From the IMG/VR virus record IMGVR_UViG_3300017963_000190, positions 196,068 through 260,067 of that record: 64,000 nt of DNA. One strand, given 5' to 3'. The notes below the pieces were generated by a model. It was not told where the DNA came from and made no database searches. It worked only from the letters and a program-made list of their open reading frames with translations. Position numbers and translations under genes: made by a program. Shown here piece after piece: positions 1 to 10,454 of this stretch. Each line of letters opens with the position of its first letter. The first letter of the stretch is position 1.

Positions 1-24
1 CCCCCGAAGCGTTCCGGGCAGACT

Positions 25-735
25 GTGAAGATGTCCTCCGACGGGCGCCGCAACGTAATGCTGCTGCTTAGCATCGATAAGCTAGGCGCTCTAGAGAAGT
101 GGGCCAAGAAGCTGCATCGTGTGCTGGTGTTTGCCCGATTAGAAGATCTCGCAGATGTGGGCATCCCGGCACTCGACGCTGATACCGATGAAGATGGCAG
201 GGCAGTGCCAATGCGACGCCAGACCGTAGAGGAGCTAAATGGGCGCATCGAAGCCGAGGCCGTGCTTGTATCTGTGAAGCAATCAGTGCCTACTGTGAAG
301 CGTCGAGCTCGCAAAGCAAGGGACTCCGTTGCCTACGAGGGCCCAACCTTTCGGGAGCTCCTGCGAGGGATGCGGAAGCTCGTCACTGAATCAGACGAGT
401 TCTCTTTCCAGGAGGATGTGGGAATCCCTGCTATCTATCGTCTTATGCACGATACTTCCCAGGAAGATTTCAAGCTCGCGTGCAAAAGGATGATCTCTGT
501 TGGAGAGGCGCCTACGGAGAATGTGAAGGCGTTCTACCGTTGGATAGAGGGTATCGATGGTCAGGGACCAGAGCTATCGAAGGCTGTTGACGCGCACGCT
601 TATCCGGAAGATGAAGAGGAAGAGCTTTCTATAGAGGAAGCTGCAGAGAGATTTGGTGTGGATGCCAAAGATGTAGCAGCCGTTGCCAAAGTTTACTCTC
701 GCTTACAGGAAATAGGCAACGAAGAAGACGAGTAA
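25..735 (+). CDS. hypothetical protein (may be 5'-truncated)
   Basis: 236-aa ORF collinear with downstream genes; no motif recognised. Confidence 0.6.
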   Translation: MKMSSDGRRNVMLLLSIDKLGALEKWAKKLHRVLVFARLEDLADVGIPALDADTDEDGRAVPMRRQTVEELNGRIEAEAVLVSVKQSVPTVKRRARKARDSVAYEGPTFRELLRGMRKLVTESDEFSFQEDVGIPAIYRLMHDTSQEDFKLACKRMISVGEAPTENVKAFYRWIEGIDGQGPELSKAVDAHAYPEDEEEELSIEEAAERFGVDAKDVAAVAKVYSRLQEIGNEEDE

Positions 736-768
736 TTTCCAGCAATCCGACACACAGAAGGAGTTGTC

Positions 769-1680
769 ATGTCCAGCGATGACACTAAACCGACAGACGG
801 TAACAATGATCTCTTCGAGAGTGCTTTAGGGCTCGACGACGAAGACGATAACCCAGAAGAGGAGGCATCCCAAGAGGAAGAAGAATCCACCGAAACCTCG
901 CCAGAAGATACTGCCGATCCCAGCACTCCCACGGAGGAAGAGGCCTCTTCAGAGGATGAGGAAGAGGATGAGGGCTCAGAGGTCACTTACACCGTGCAAA
1001 AGGGATTCTCGGTGGAAGGGCGCACCTTCAAAAAGGGCGATGTCATCCCTGTGAAGTGCAAGTACTGTGCTCTGTGGAAAGCTGAATGGTTGGGGCGTGT
1101 TCGTTGTACTCCAACCAAGGTGATGAAGGACACCGGCCGCGCGATGAGCTCCAATCGGTTCTCCTGCCAGAGCTTTTTCATTTGCATGGAGATGAAGCCA
1201 GAGCTGGATGCCTTTTTGCGGATGAGCCTTCCTGAGGTGCAGACCGTGCGAAAGATGCTCCCTGGCATCAAAAAACTGCTTGTCGTTGATGAGTGGTTGT
1301 CTGGGTGGATCGAGAAGCATGATTACAAAGAGAACAGTGCCGAAGTTCTCGCTTCCGCCAAGAATTTCGTTACGGCGTTTAGCTCATCTGAGCAGCTGAG
1401 CTATATGGATCAGTACATCCGCTTCTACAGCACCGCCTTGGCCAGGCGGGAAAAGGAGAAGCGGCCCCGCAAACCCAAGTTCGAGGCAGGGGACTGGGTG
1501 GACTGGACGGATCTAGAGACCGGGCAATCGTTCTCTGGTATCATTTTGTCGATGGGTAGAGGCATCATCAACCTTGCTGGTGTGAACGCGCAGATTGGAC
1601 GTAAGTTTACGTTCAAGCTTGCCGAGTGGAAAAAGACGCGCAAGCCGAAAATCACGCGCAAGATCGCTGCCGCTGAGTAA
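769..1680 (+). CDS. hypothetical protein with acidic N-terminus, Cys motifs and possible C-terminal SH3-like domain
   Basis: GAAGGAG SD; CKYC...C...C; PKFEAGDWVDW. Confidence 0.7.
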   Translation: MSSDDTKPTDGNNDLFESALGLDDEDDNPEEEASQEEEESTETSPEDTADPSTPTEEEASSEDEEEDEGSEVTYTVQKGFSVEGRTFKKGDVIPVKCKYCALWKAEWLGRVRCTPTKVMKDTGRAMSSNRFSCQSFFICMEMKPELDAFLRMSLPEVQTVRKMLPGIKKLLVVDEWLSGWIEKHDYKENSAEVLASAKNFVTAFSSSEQLSYMDQYIRFYSTALARREKEKRPRKPKFEAGDWVDWTDLETGQSFSGIILSMGRGIINLAGVNAQIGRKFTFKLAEWKKTRKPKITRKIAAAE

Positions 1681-1725
1681 TGGGCACCGAATCAGTTCGT
1701 TCATGCTGTAAGATAGGAAAAAGCG

Positions 1726-3366
1726 ATGCCTCGTGAAGGAAACCATCTTGAAGATCTAGATACCGGCACGCTCAAATCTGCTATCCTTGTCCTGGAGGAT
1801 ATAGAAGCGGCTGACGGCAAAAACGCGCGAGAAGAGCTGCTCCGCGTCAATAAGGACAACCAAGCTCTGCAGGAGATCCTATACTGCTCCTTGGGAACAG
1901 AGAAGTACCATATTCGTCTTCCGGACAAGATCGATTCCGCGGATAAGCTGCTCAATCCGCTTCTGTCCTTCAAAAAGTTCTTGGTCGTGCTGCAGGTCCT
2001 GAATGCTCGAAAGATTAAAAGCACGAAGGAGGCGAAGGCCAAGGTAACGGGGTTTTTGCGCAAATGCCATCCCCGTTTGCGCAAGTGGTTTCAGCGTACC
2101 ATTAATCACAATCTCCGTATTGGGGTGAGCGGCACCACCGTCGAGAAGGTTTACGGGACAGGGTTCTGGACTGGAGCAAAGGAAGGAGAATTCCATTACC
2201 ATGGCTGCTCCTTAGCCAAGAAGATGGAAGACGCTTATCCTGGAGACAAAGAGCCGGAATTCCCTGTTGCTGTCGAGTTCAAGCTGGATGGCGAGCGCTC
2301 GATGCCGTTTGTTTTCTTTGACGACGGCGACAACTACCATGTGGAGATCTACACCCGCGGCAAGCTCCGTAAGGAGCAGGTGGAGTCTGTCGAGCCATTG
2401 ATGCTGCAGTTTCTGGGTGTTGCCGAGAAGCTGGCAGAAATTAGCGGCATCGAGGATTCCGGGGGCATGTTCCTCGATGGGGAGTTCTTGGCCACGGATT
2501 GGAACGAGACATCCAGCGCCGTAGGGAAGACCGTCAACTTTGACGAAGCCGCTTTCTTGGAGCAGATCAAAGTCATTTTGTTCGACTGGGCGCCCATCAG
2601 TGCGTATATGGCGAAGCAATTTGACATGCCATGGAAGAAGCGCAAGCAGCTGCTTATGCAGGCTGCCGGCGCCAAGCGTCCTTTCGAAAAAGTTATGCGT
2701 ATCGAGGACAACGTCTACGTGCTTGGGCATAAGATAGTCCATAACATGGACGAGCTGGAGGCGTTCCACGCTAGGTCACTTGACGGTGGTTTCGAGGGAA
2801 GCATGATCAAGGTGCTCAACGCGCCTCATGTATTCCACCGTAAGCATAAATGTATCCTTAAGCTCAAGCCGGAAGACGAGGAAACCGGTACCATTACCAG
2901 ATTGGTCTCTGGTGAGGGGATGCACTCTGCCGCTTCCAACGCAGACCGTCAGCGCGTACTGTCGCTCATGCACGATTGGCAGGGAGATGGAACCTGCGAT
3001 GGCATCGAGAATGATGGATCCTATTTTCATGCTATGGGGATAGAGCATCCGGACGAAGCCGTGAAGGAGCTGCGTTCCATAATCAAGGATTCCGTTGACA
3101 GGCGTGTGTCCGTGCACCTGGATGATGACACTGTTTCGTATCGCTACGGAGAGCGGCTAGGGTTTTTCGAGGTTGACTGGAACGGTGAAACCATTCATGT
3201 TGGAGGTGGCCTACGATTCAAAGCCGGGCAGGATGATCGGATGCGATTCTGGCAAGCTCGCGAAGATCTCGTCGGCACGAAAATAGATTTCAAGGTCCAG
3301 AAAGATCAAACAGACGTAGCGAAAGCAAGGTTCAACAAGTTCGTCAGGTTGAGAGAAGATCTCTAG
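1726..3366 (+). CDS. lig: ATP-dependent DNA ligase
   Basis: Nucleotidyltransferase motifs: EFKLDGER (I), FLDGEF (III), ILFD (IIIa), EGSMIK (IV), LKLK (V), RFNKFVRLRED (VI). Confidence 0.92.
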   Translation: MPREGNHLEDLDTGTLKSAILVLEDIEAADGKNAREELLRVNKDNQALQEILYCSLGTEKYHIRLPDKIDSADKLLNPLLSFKKFLVVLQVLNARKIKSTKEAKAKVTGFLRKCHPRLRKWFQRTINHNLRIGVSGTTVEKVYGTGFWTGAKEGEFHYHGCSLAKKMEDAYPGDKEPEFPVAVEFKLDGERSMPFVFFDDGDNYHVEIYTRGKLRKEQVESVEPLMLQFLGVAEKLAEISGIEDSGGMFLDGEFLATDWNETSSAVGKTVNFDEAAFLEQIKVILFDWAPISAYMAKQFDMPWKKRKQLLMQAAGAKRPFEKVMRIEDNVYVLGHKIVHNMDELEAFHARSLDGGFEGSMIKVLNAPHVFHRKHKCILKLKPEDEETGTITRLVSGEGMHSAASNADRQRVLSLMHDWQGDGTCDGIENDGSYFHAMGIEHPDEAVKELRSIIKDSVDRRVSVHLDDDTVSYRYGERLGFFEVDWNGETIHVGGGLRFKAGQDDRMRFWQAREDLVGTKIDFKVQKDQTDVAKARFNKFVRLREDL

Positions 3367-3396
3367 ACGACACAGATCCAGTAAAAGGAGGCAAGT

Positions 3397-3978
3397 ATGC
3401 CAAGGAAAGCAGCAAAAGAAGTGGTGATGATTCCGGTACGTGGTGCCAAGCTGGAAGTGACTGAGGGCACTCTTACGGGCGACTCCGGGGACATGTACGT
3501 GCTGGAGGCCATCACGAAGAGTGGTCGGGGGCGCGGGGTGAAGTATCACAAATCCACCTACTACATCCCGAAGCATCTCATTTCCTACTACAAGACGAAG
3601 CCAGAGGAGCTCGACTCCGACGACGTTCCAGAGGATGTCAAGGCTTCAACTACCACCGCAAAAAAGGCCACCAAAACCACCCCCACCGCCAAGCGCAAGC
3701 CTGGTCGTCCGAAGAAGACTGAAGAGGCGGAGGCAGCCCCAAAGAAGCGTGGTCGCCCACCGAAGAAGGATAAGGCGGAGGCCGCTCCCAAGAAGAAGCG
3801 CGGTCGCCCACCGAAGAAAGACAAGGCAGAAGCAGCTCCCAAGAAGCGGGGCCGTCCTCCTAAGAAGAAGACCGAAGCAGCTCCCAAGAAGAAGCGCGGT
3901 CGCCCACCGAAGAAAAAAGCGGCAGCTTCTAAGCCTAGATCGGGCCGCGCTGAAGCGCTCTTCGAGGACGATTTCTAG
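3397..3978 (+). CDS. histone-like / HMGA-type AT-hook repeat DNA-binding protein
   Basis: Five KKRGRPPKK repeats plus KPGRPKK; AGGAGG SD. Confidence 0.85.
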   Translation: MPRKAAKEVVMIPVRGAKLEVTEGTLTGDSGDMYVLEAITKSGRGRGVKYHKSTYYIPKHLISYYKTKPEELDSDDVPEDVKASTTTAKKATKTTPTAKRKPGRPKKTEEAEAAPKKRGRPPKKDKAEAAPKKKRGRPPKKDKAEAAPKKRGRPPKKKTEAAPKKKRGRPPKKKAAASKPRSGRAEALFEDDF

Positions 3979-4081
3979 GCCGCGTTATAGTAACATTACC
4001 CATTAATTACCCCCATATTACCTTCCTTTCTCACGTACCGGGTTTTTGTTAACCTTGGTTGTATGCCTGTGGGGGATTCGG

Positions 4082-4930
4082 ATGGCCCGACGAAGGATCC
4101 ATCGAAAATGTGTGTCCTACCCAGTTTGTAAGGACTTGCGTGCGCTCCTCAAAAAATTCGGTGTTCCAAGAGACACGGTACAAACCAACTGTGCTCCAGA
4201 GGAGGAATGGCCTTGTCATTTCTTGGTAGACAACGCACGGTTGCTTTATGAATCCATTTTGCCAGAAAACTCAGAGGAAGCCTTGGAATTTATTTCCAAG
4301 CTGTTCCTTAAGCAAGAGCACCTGATCGATGAGAACTTCAAGCGCACTGCGTCGGAGCCGCCTTTCTATTGCCCCGAGCTTGAGCTTGATGTTTACCAGC
4401 CATGCAAAGTGTCTTCATGTTCTTTTCATACACATAACCCTTGGACCCTGAACTGCATTCTTTTTTATCGCTTGCGCCAGGGGCGCGATGCGTTGAATCT
4501 GAATGAGCTGTCTTTTTTGCTGAGCCAGGATGTGAGCGTTTTGCGCTCGCAGCTAAACAAGTCATTTCGGCAGTTGAGTCAGGGAGCTTTAAAGGAGACT
4601 ATCGATCGTGAAACACGTGAGGAGCGTATTACCCGGTTGAACCCTCAGCATGTTTGCGTGGTGTGTGAGCGTCGCATAGAGAACAAGCGGAAGCTGGTCA
4701 AGAAATCTGGATTCCATTATTGCAGCCAAGAGTGCGCAAACCTTAAGCCCCCTCCGATAATAAAGCTTGAGCAGGAGTTCAAGCTACCCATCGACAAAAT
4801 TCTTCACTTGTGTGTAGAGAAGTTCTCCAACGTTAAGTATATGTGTAGTGCGTTGGGGGTTAGCGCTTCAGCCTTTGAGGCTTGGTGCCAGAAACACCAA
4901 GTGAAAATTCCCTCCGCCAAACAACGATAA
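4082..4930 (+). CDS. Cys-rich zinc-finger / HTH protein, putative regulator
   Basis: CVVC...YCSQEC motif; C-terminal HTH-like MCSALGVSASAFEAW; ATG at 4082 preferred over TTG at 4046. Confidence 0.6.
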   Translation: MARRRIHRKCVSYPVCKDLRALLKKFGVPRDTVQTNCAPEEEWPCHFLVDNARLLYESILPENSEEALEFISKLFLKQEHLIDENFKRTASEPPFYCPELELDVYQPCKVSSCSFHTHNPWTLNCILFYRLRQGRDALNLNELSFLLSQDVSVLRSQLNKSFRQLSQGALKETIDRETREERITRLNPQHVCVVCERRIENKRKLVKKSGFHYCSQECANLKPPPIIKLEQEFKLPIDKILHLCVEKFSNVKYMCSALGVSASAFEAWCQKHQVKIPSAKQR

Positions 4931-5077
4931 CCTCGTCGTCACATTCTGGCGAAATCAAGTTATCTCTAGGTGTAGTTGCGGCTCCGCCCAAGCTGGCTTC
5001 GCATGTGCTTTTTTCGCCAGCTGCAGGAACCCAAAACATCTTAGACGACCAACCATCTGAATTTGTAGGAGAAGGAA

Positions 5078-5893
5078 ATGTCCGGTTCTATCACAGGACG
5101 AATTGCTGCACGGTTCAGCGACAAAGTCAACCGTAGGGTCGCTAGCACTCGTAGCGGACGCTGGGATCTGAAGCTGGCCGACTACAAAGTGATCAGCGAA
5201 AAAGAGGCCCGTATTATGGTGGCCTACGCCCCTGAGATGGGCGCACCCAAGCGTAGCCAGGTGGATTCCTGGACCACGACTTCGCTCAATGGACATCTGC
5301 GGCTGTCTTTGGAGACGTTGCGTCATTACCCCGACCTGTGTGTCGTGACTGCGGTGGTGGCCCGAAACGAGCGCCTGCGCCCCTTTAACGCGAGCCCACA
5401 GAATCCCAGCGTTCCCAAGGGAATGATCGCCGTGGCTAGCACACGCTTCATGGATGAGGAAAAAGTCATTTGGGAAGTGATGAGCAACAAGAACGGCGAG
5501 CGTTACCTCAGCCGGGCCACCAAAGATGATCTGGATGAGATTCTGCGTGAGCGCCAGACCCGCGAGCGCACTGCTTCCATCCACCATCGTCTACGCCTGG
5601 CCGATCTGGTCACCGCCGGCATCCATAACCTGGAGCCAGGGGACAAGGTGCGCTTTTCCTACGAAGGCATCTTGCAGCAAGGCGAGGTTTCCAAGGTCGG
5701 CAAGGACAACGTTACCATCAAAGCCAACGGTACCTCCGTGACAGTGGATCGTCTGGCTGTTGTGGACGTGTACGAGAAATCTCCCAAATCGCAAGCCGAG
5801 CAGGACAAGTTCCTGAAGGATTTCTTTGAGCGCGCTTACGGTGACAAGGAGTTCGCCGACAAGCTCGTCGATACCGGCTCCGGCAAGAAATAG
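5078..5893 (+). CDS. hypothetical protein, probably virion-associated
   Basis: Strong SD; RVAS/RTAS motifs; SH3-like LEPGDKVRF. Confidence 0.65.
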   Translation: MSGSITGRIAARFSDKVNRRVASTRSGRWDLKLADYKVISEKEARIMVAYAPEMGAPKRSQVDSWTTTSLNGHLRLSLETLRHYPDLCVVTAVVARNERLRPFNASPQNPSVPKGMIAVASTRFMDEEKVIWEVMSNKNGERYLSRATKDDLDEILRERQTRERTASIHHRLRLADLVTAGIHNLEPGDKVRFSYEGILQQGEVSKVGKDNVTIKANGTSVTVDRLAVVDVYEKSPKSQAEQDKFLKDFFERAYGDKEFADKLVDTGSGKK

Positions 5894-5919
5894 CCTACCT
5901 TTAGCAAGGGGATCTAGCA

Positions 5920-6501
5920 ATGAAAAACCCGAAGTTTATTCGAGTGCATGGCACCCTATACCGTCGGCGTTCTGCTGAAGTTCCCACGGTCATTCGGGTG
6001 GGTGGTTACTTCTACAAGCTGTCGCAGCATAGTGAGGAGCGTGCCAAGGCTTTAGACATGATTGAGGACTTTCAGCAGGCTCTGCAGACCGCCGTCGAAT
6101 CGGTTCCAGAAGGGGATCAACAGGCGGATAAGGTACGTGAGCTCTTCAAGAAGATCAACGTTTCTATGGGCAACGTGGCCGCGCGTGTAGCCAATCACGA
6201 CGATGAGCAAGCCAAAGAGTTCTGGCGCCGCACCGGAAACGTCCTGCTGCAGGCGATGCCGCTTATGAAGAGGACATTCACCGACGTTGCCGCGCGGTGG
6301 TTTGGGAACCTGGCGATCCGCCTGGACGAGACGTTGGAAGAGCTTTTCCAAGCTGTCGAGTCTGCCGAGCTAGCCAAAGAAGAGGACGCTGAGCCGGAAC
6401 CGAAGAAGCAGATGCACGCCAACTTCGAGCGGCCGAAGCAACGGAAGCACCCGCCGTTCATTCAGGTTAGCGGCAACCTCTACCGACTCAAAGCTGAGTA
6501 G
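5920..6501 (+). CDS. PxxIxxxGxxY-motif protein (3 copies), putative virion internal protein
   Basis: PKFIRVHGTLY, PTVIRVGGYFY, PPFIQVSGNLY. Confidence 0.75.
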   Translation: MKNPKFIRVHGTLYRRRSAEVPTVIRVGGYFYKLSQHSEERAKALDMIEDFQQALQTAVESVPEGDQQADKVRELFKKINVSMGNVAARVANHDDEQAKEFWRRTGNVLLQAMPLMKRTFTDVAARWFGNLAIRLDETLEELFQAVESAELAKEEDAEPEPKKQMHANFERPKQRKHPPFIQVSGNLYRLKAE

Positions 6502-6504
6502 GTC

Positions 6505-7815
6505 ATGCCTGAGAAGCCGGCTGCATACCACGTGACGCTCACTGCGGTGCGTCACTATAAGCCTGGATCCGGGCCGCCAGAGAAGCCAGACATTTGGAAC
6601 TTCTCTCAGATGGTTTGGTCGACCAAAGGCTACTCTGGTGCCCTCGTGGAAATGCTCAACAAGTTCTTCGAGTGGTACCCGGATAATGGTGTTATCTTGC
6701 CCAACGGCAAGCGTGATAACGTCGTGCTCACTCCCGAAAACCGCGGACGTGCTTCTGGCTACTTAAAAGGTAAGCCGCAGCACGAGAGCGGAAACTACCG
6801 GCTGGAAAATGATGATGCGATCCTGCATGTCAACAAAATGCGTGCATTGTCAGGAGAAACTCCGCAACGGTTGACTCCAAAGAGCGATAAGGAGTACTCC
6901 GACGCTCTGCAGAAAAACATCCAGTCCATAGATCCCTACTACGAATCGGTGGTGCAGATGCCTTCTCCAATACGCGGAAGCAGCGAAGTCCCCAAATACA
7001 TCAAGTTGAACGGGTGTCTTTACCGGCAGGCAGCCGAGCTTTTCGAGGATGCAACTCTCGAAGACAGCATTGGGGTATTCAATGAGCAAATGGAGGAGGT
7101 GACCAAGGAATTGGTCCAAATCTCCGAGATGCTTATGGATGCTGGTGAGAAGCTGCGTGAGGGCGATACAACATTTCCAGAGGTGATCCAAGAGGCAGCT
7201 GTCCGCGTGTACAAGATTCTCATGGAAGAGGTGCTTGTTGCACGAGATATGGCTCGCTCTATTAGAGCCAAAATGCCGAAGAAGCAAATGGTGGCCAAGA
7301 CACTTCAGTACAAGGGCGCCACCTATGAGCTCGTTGCTCAACCTCACAAAGGAAAGCCTGATGTGAGAGAGGAGCAACAAGAAGAGTTGAGCACAGGTGA
7401 GCAGGTAGCCGATTCCCACCTTCGTGCGGTTATCTCAGATGCGCGTGCAGTGCAAAAAAGAGCACATGAGCTTATGCACTCACTGCACAACATGGGGAAG
7501 CAGGCGCGGATTTGTATGGAGCGTGATGGGGAAATTTCCCCTGAGCATGTTGACGTCATGCAGTCCGACAAGCGGATCGAAGAGCTGTACGCTCCGATGC
7601 GTTCCATGGAGAAATCCAACCGGCAGCTCAATTACACCGTAGACGCCGCGATCTCTTCTATGAAGGGCGTTGTTCACCAGCTGGACGCCATGGTAGATGA
7701 GTGGCATGCTGCGCGTGATACCATGAATGCTCCAAACACTTCCCGAGAGCTCACGGAGCCGATGCTCCTTTCCGACAACCCGTCCGCGGTGTTTGATGAG
7801 CTTGGTGGTCTGTAG
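6505..7815 (+). CDS. PxxIxxxGxxY-motif protein (2 copies), helical
   Basis: PKYIKLNGCLY, AKTLQYKGATY. Confidence 0.75.
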   Translation: MPEKPAAYHVTLTAVRHYKPGSGPPEKPDIWNFSQMVWSTKGYSGALVEMLNKFFEWYPDNGVILPNGKRDNVVLTPENRGRASGYLKGKPQHESGNYRLENDDAILHVNKMRALSGETPQRLTPKSDKEYSDALQKNIQSIDPYYESVVQMPSPIRGSSEVPKYIKLNGCLYRQAAELFEDATLEDSIGVFNEQMEEVTKELVQISEMLMDAGEKLREGDTTFPEVIQEAAVRVYKILMEEVLVARDMARSIRAKMPKKQMVAKTLQYKGATYELVAQPHKGKPDVREEQQEELSTGEQVADSHLRAVISDARAVQKRAHELMHSLHNMGKQARICMERDGEISPEHVDVMQSDKRIEELYAPMRSMEKSNRQLNYTVDAAISSMKGVVHQLDAMVDEWHAARDTMNAPNTSRELTEPMLLSDNPSAVFDELGGL

Positions 7816-7825
7816 GGTTACTGTG

Positions 7826-8008
7826 ATGCACAAACAATTCACCAATCCATTTAATAGGCGTATCGAGGGTGCGATGCGTCGACGCATGGCGAAGGGTACT
7901 GAGCGGACCACCAAAGAAGATGCCATCGCAAAGCGCATCCTTGGGGACGAAATCCGCCGAAGGATTGCTGAGTATAAGGAACGGTTTGGCGAGGACCCGG
8001 ATCTATAG
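7826..8008 (+). CDS. small hypothetical protein
   Basis: Fills the gap between collinear genes. Confidence 0.5.
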   Translation: MHKQFTNPFNRRIEGAMRRRMAKGTERTTKEDAIAKRILGDEIRRRIAEYKERFGEDPDL

Positions 8009-8016
8009 GAGGTTCC

Positions 8017-8229
8017 ATGCGCCGTGTCAGACTGAGTAGTCGTGGGGCAATACGTCACGTGAACTATGGTCCAGGGACCGCGGGTACCGGACTAGCCCCT
8101 TCTCCGGGTCGCGTAGTGCGCATCATTCCTGGTATTCCAGCAAACAATCGAGGCGTACGGCGCCCTTCGCATCCGGTTAACTATTTACCCTTCCATCCTT
8201 TCCGTACACATACCCCGGGCTATTACTAG
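8017..8229 (+). CDS. small hypothetical protein
   Basis: AGGAGG SD; collinear. Confidence 0.55.
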   Translation: MRRVRLSSRGAIRHVNYGPGTAGTGLAPSPGRVVRIIPGIPANNRGVRRPSHPVNYLPFHPFRTHTPGYY

Positions 8230-8231
8230 TC

Positions 8232-10454
8232 ATGCCCAAATATCTGTTCCATACGACCTCATTACCAGGGTTGCTCTCTATTATGGGCAGCCACTCTGTG
8301 CAATCAGAGGCGCCATTTGTATCTTTTTCTGAGATACCTCATGTGGGCGACATCAGCCACAATGATGTCGTCATTGTCTTCAAGCACTCCAAACTAGCTC
8401 CGCAGCTCCTGCAGGTGGACTACACAGAAGACTGGTACAACAAGCATCCCGAACAGGCAGCCTACGTTGCTGGTGAGGGGTGGTTGGAGCAGTTCATCTA
8501 TCCAGAAGAGTGCATCGACAAAGATGGGTTTGAGGACGAAGAGTGCATGGAGGAGGCGTACAAGGAGGGGGAGATTTCTTCCTTCCTATTTAAAAGCGAT
8601 GAGCGTGAGTGGGTGTCTAAGGAAGAAGACCATCCAGTAACCTTCGACCCAGAGGCGGTGGACCGGATCTTGGTGGTGGATGAACGTCAGGTGGACGCGG
8701 TGAAGGGCGCTCTGGAGGATGCCAACTTTGATCTTCCTGTGGATGTTCGGCAGGCGGGGGTACGCGTAGCATCGCCATCCCTTCCTTCTGGGGCAGGATT
8801 CCTCTTCACCGATGGTATTCGGATCCTACTCCTCAAACGCAGCATCGACAACGATGAAGCAGGCACGTGGGGTATTCCTGGCGGTGGTGTTTATAATGGC
8901 GAAACCCCACAGGATGGGGCCCTGCGTGAATGCATGGAGGAGATTGGTTCCGTACCACCGCACAGGATTCTGGATTGGTTTGTCTTCCAGTGCGATGATC
9001 CGCACTTCGGTACCTTCGAGTACACCACTTTTCTTGCGCAGGTAGAGCCAGCTTTTGTGGAGGGGTTCCTACCTGTGCTGGATCATGAGAGCACAGGGTG
9101 GGGTTGGTACGATGAAGAGGGGGTCAAAGCGCTCACTCTGCACCCCGGCCTTGACACGTTATTTGAGCACACCACCCCATTTTTCCAGCATATTGACAAC
9201 CGCACCGCGCAGACAGAAGAAGAGCTGCAGAAGCTGCCCATCGACGTGCTGGACCGCATGGCTTTTGGGGTAGTGGAGGGCGTCCAAGAACTTCCTGTAG
9301 GCGATATCAAGATCAAGTACGCTGACGACTACAACAACGCTGTGGCAGAGATTGAAGAGGGCTTGTGGGAAGGGAACGAGTCAGCGCTGGAGGAGCCGGT
9401 AGAGGTTTCTTTGGAGCGGGGCATCTATTGGCTGGAAGACGGTCACCATCGCTATGTAATGGCTAGAGGGTTGGGACGCGATACCATTTTGGCTGATCTG
9501 TCCATCAAGGACAATCCCGTGAGAGCGCTCATGCGACGGAATGCTATCGAGGAATCTGTGCAGTTACCACGTACCATTCGTTACCAGGGAGCAACGTATC
9601 AGGCTGTCACCGCAGGCCTTAGCACCGTATTATTGAACAGGGCTGTATCGGATGCTCAGAAGAAGCAGGAGCTGCGTCCGTACGTCGACCTGTTCATGAA
9701 GCAGTTAGGCCGAAAGGAATCCTACAAAAAGAATGCGGATAAAATCCTGTCTGCAGTAGAGGCCCTTTTAATGGCACCCTTCGCTCCGGCTGCAGAGTCT
9801 TCGGTGCATAGCGTGAAGGAATCAGTCAAGGCTTATGATCATCTGCAAAACCAAGTGAATGCCCTAGAGGCGTCCATGGGGGACGATCCCCAAGAGGCGA
9901 TCAGTAAGATACAGAAGCTATTCGACGACTTCTACGCTGAGACGCTCCCCAAAGTCCCAGCTTGGCATAAGGCATTTGGCGAGACCGCCAAGGATTTACT
10001 TATCGAACCAGGACTGCTCCCAGCCTCCGCTCGGATGTTGTACTACCTGAAAAAGGCTTTAAAGGAAGCAGAGCGGCTCAAGCTCCTGAGTGATGAGGGA
10101 GAAGAGGTCGACAAAGATGAAGTCCGCGAAGCCTTGGATGAGATTCTGCGTGAGCCTGTTTGGGTGAAGGAAAAGCAGAAAGAAGAAGCTCGGCGTAAAA
10201 AAGAGCAAGCTCCAGCGAAAGTGCAGCAGGAGCTGGAGGGGTTGTTCCCAACAAAGGAGAAGGGAAAAGAGGCCCCGGTACCGCTAACGAAGCGGAAAGA
10301 GGAAGCACCCGTCCCGCTTGTTCGCCGTAAGAAAACTCCTCCTGAGCCAGTTCCTGCTAAACAGGAGCGCGTGCCCGAACCACAACCGGTAGCAGAGGGT
10401 GGTGGTTTCCTTAAGCTCGACCCAGCAATTGTTAGGAGGCTGGTTAATGTCTAG
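8232..10454 (+). CDS. multidomain protein: NUDIX hydrolase + ParB/Srx-like domain + PxxIxxxGxxY motif
   Basis: Nudix box WGIPGGGVYNGETPQDGALRECMEEIG; ParB-like YWLEDGHHR; PRTIRYQGATY. Confidence 0.8.
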   Translation: MPKYLFHTTSLPGLLSIMGSHSVQSEAPFVSFSEIPHVGDISHNDVVIVFKHSKLAPQLLQVDYTEDWYNKHPEQAAYVAGEGWLEQFIYPEECIDKDGFEDEECMEEAYKEGEISSFLFKSDEREWVSKEEDHPVTFDPEAVDRILVVDERQVDAVKGALEDANFDLPVDVRQAGVRVASPSLPSGAGFLFTDGIRILLLKRSIDNDEAGTWGIPGGGVYNGETPQDGALRECMEEIGSVPPHRILDWFVFQCDDPHFGTFEYTTFLAQVEPAFVEGFLPVLDHESTGWGWYDEEGVKALTLHPGLDTLFEHTTPFFQHIDNRTAQTEEELQKLPIDVLDRMAFGVVEGVQELPVGDIKIKYADDYNNAVAEIEEGLWEGNESALEEPVEVSLERGIYWLEDGHHRYVMARGLGRDTILADLSIKDNPVRALMRRNAIEESVQLPRTIRYQGATYQAVTAGLSTVLLNRAVSDAQKKQELRPYVDLFMKQLGRKESYKKNADKILSAVEALLMAPFAPAAESSVHSVKESVKAYDHLQNQVNALEASMGDDPQEAISKIQKLFDDFYAETLPKVPAWHKAFGETAKDLLIEPGLLPASARMLYYLKKALKEAERLKLLSDEGEEVDKDEVREALDEILREPVWVKEKQKEEARRKKEQAPAKVQQELEGLFPTKEKGKEAPVPLTKRKEEAPVPLVRRKKTPPEPVPAKQERVPEPQPVAEGGGFLKLDPAIVRRLVNV

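Noticed and set aside
3720-3920. Tandem DNA repeats that could be mistaken for a CRISPR array or VNTR
   Set aside because: They are in-frame coding repeats of AT-hook peptides with synonymous variation and no unique spacers
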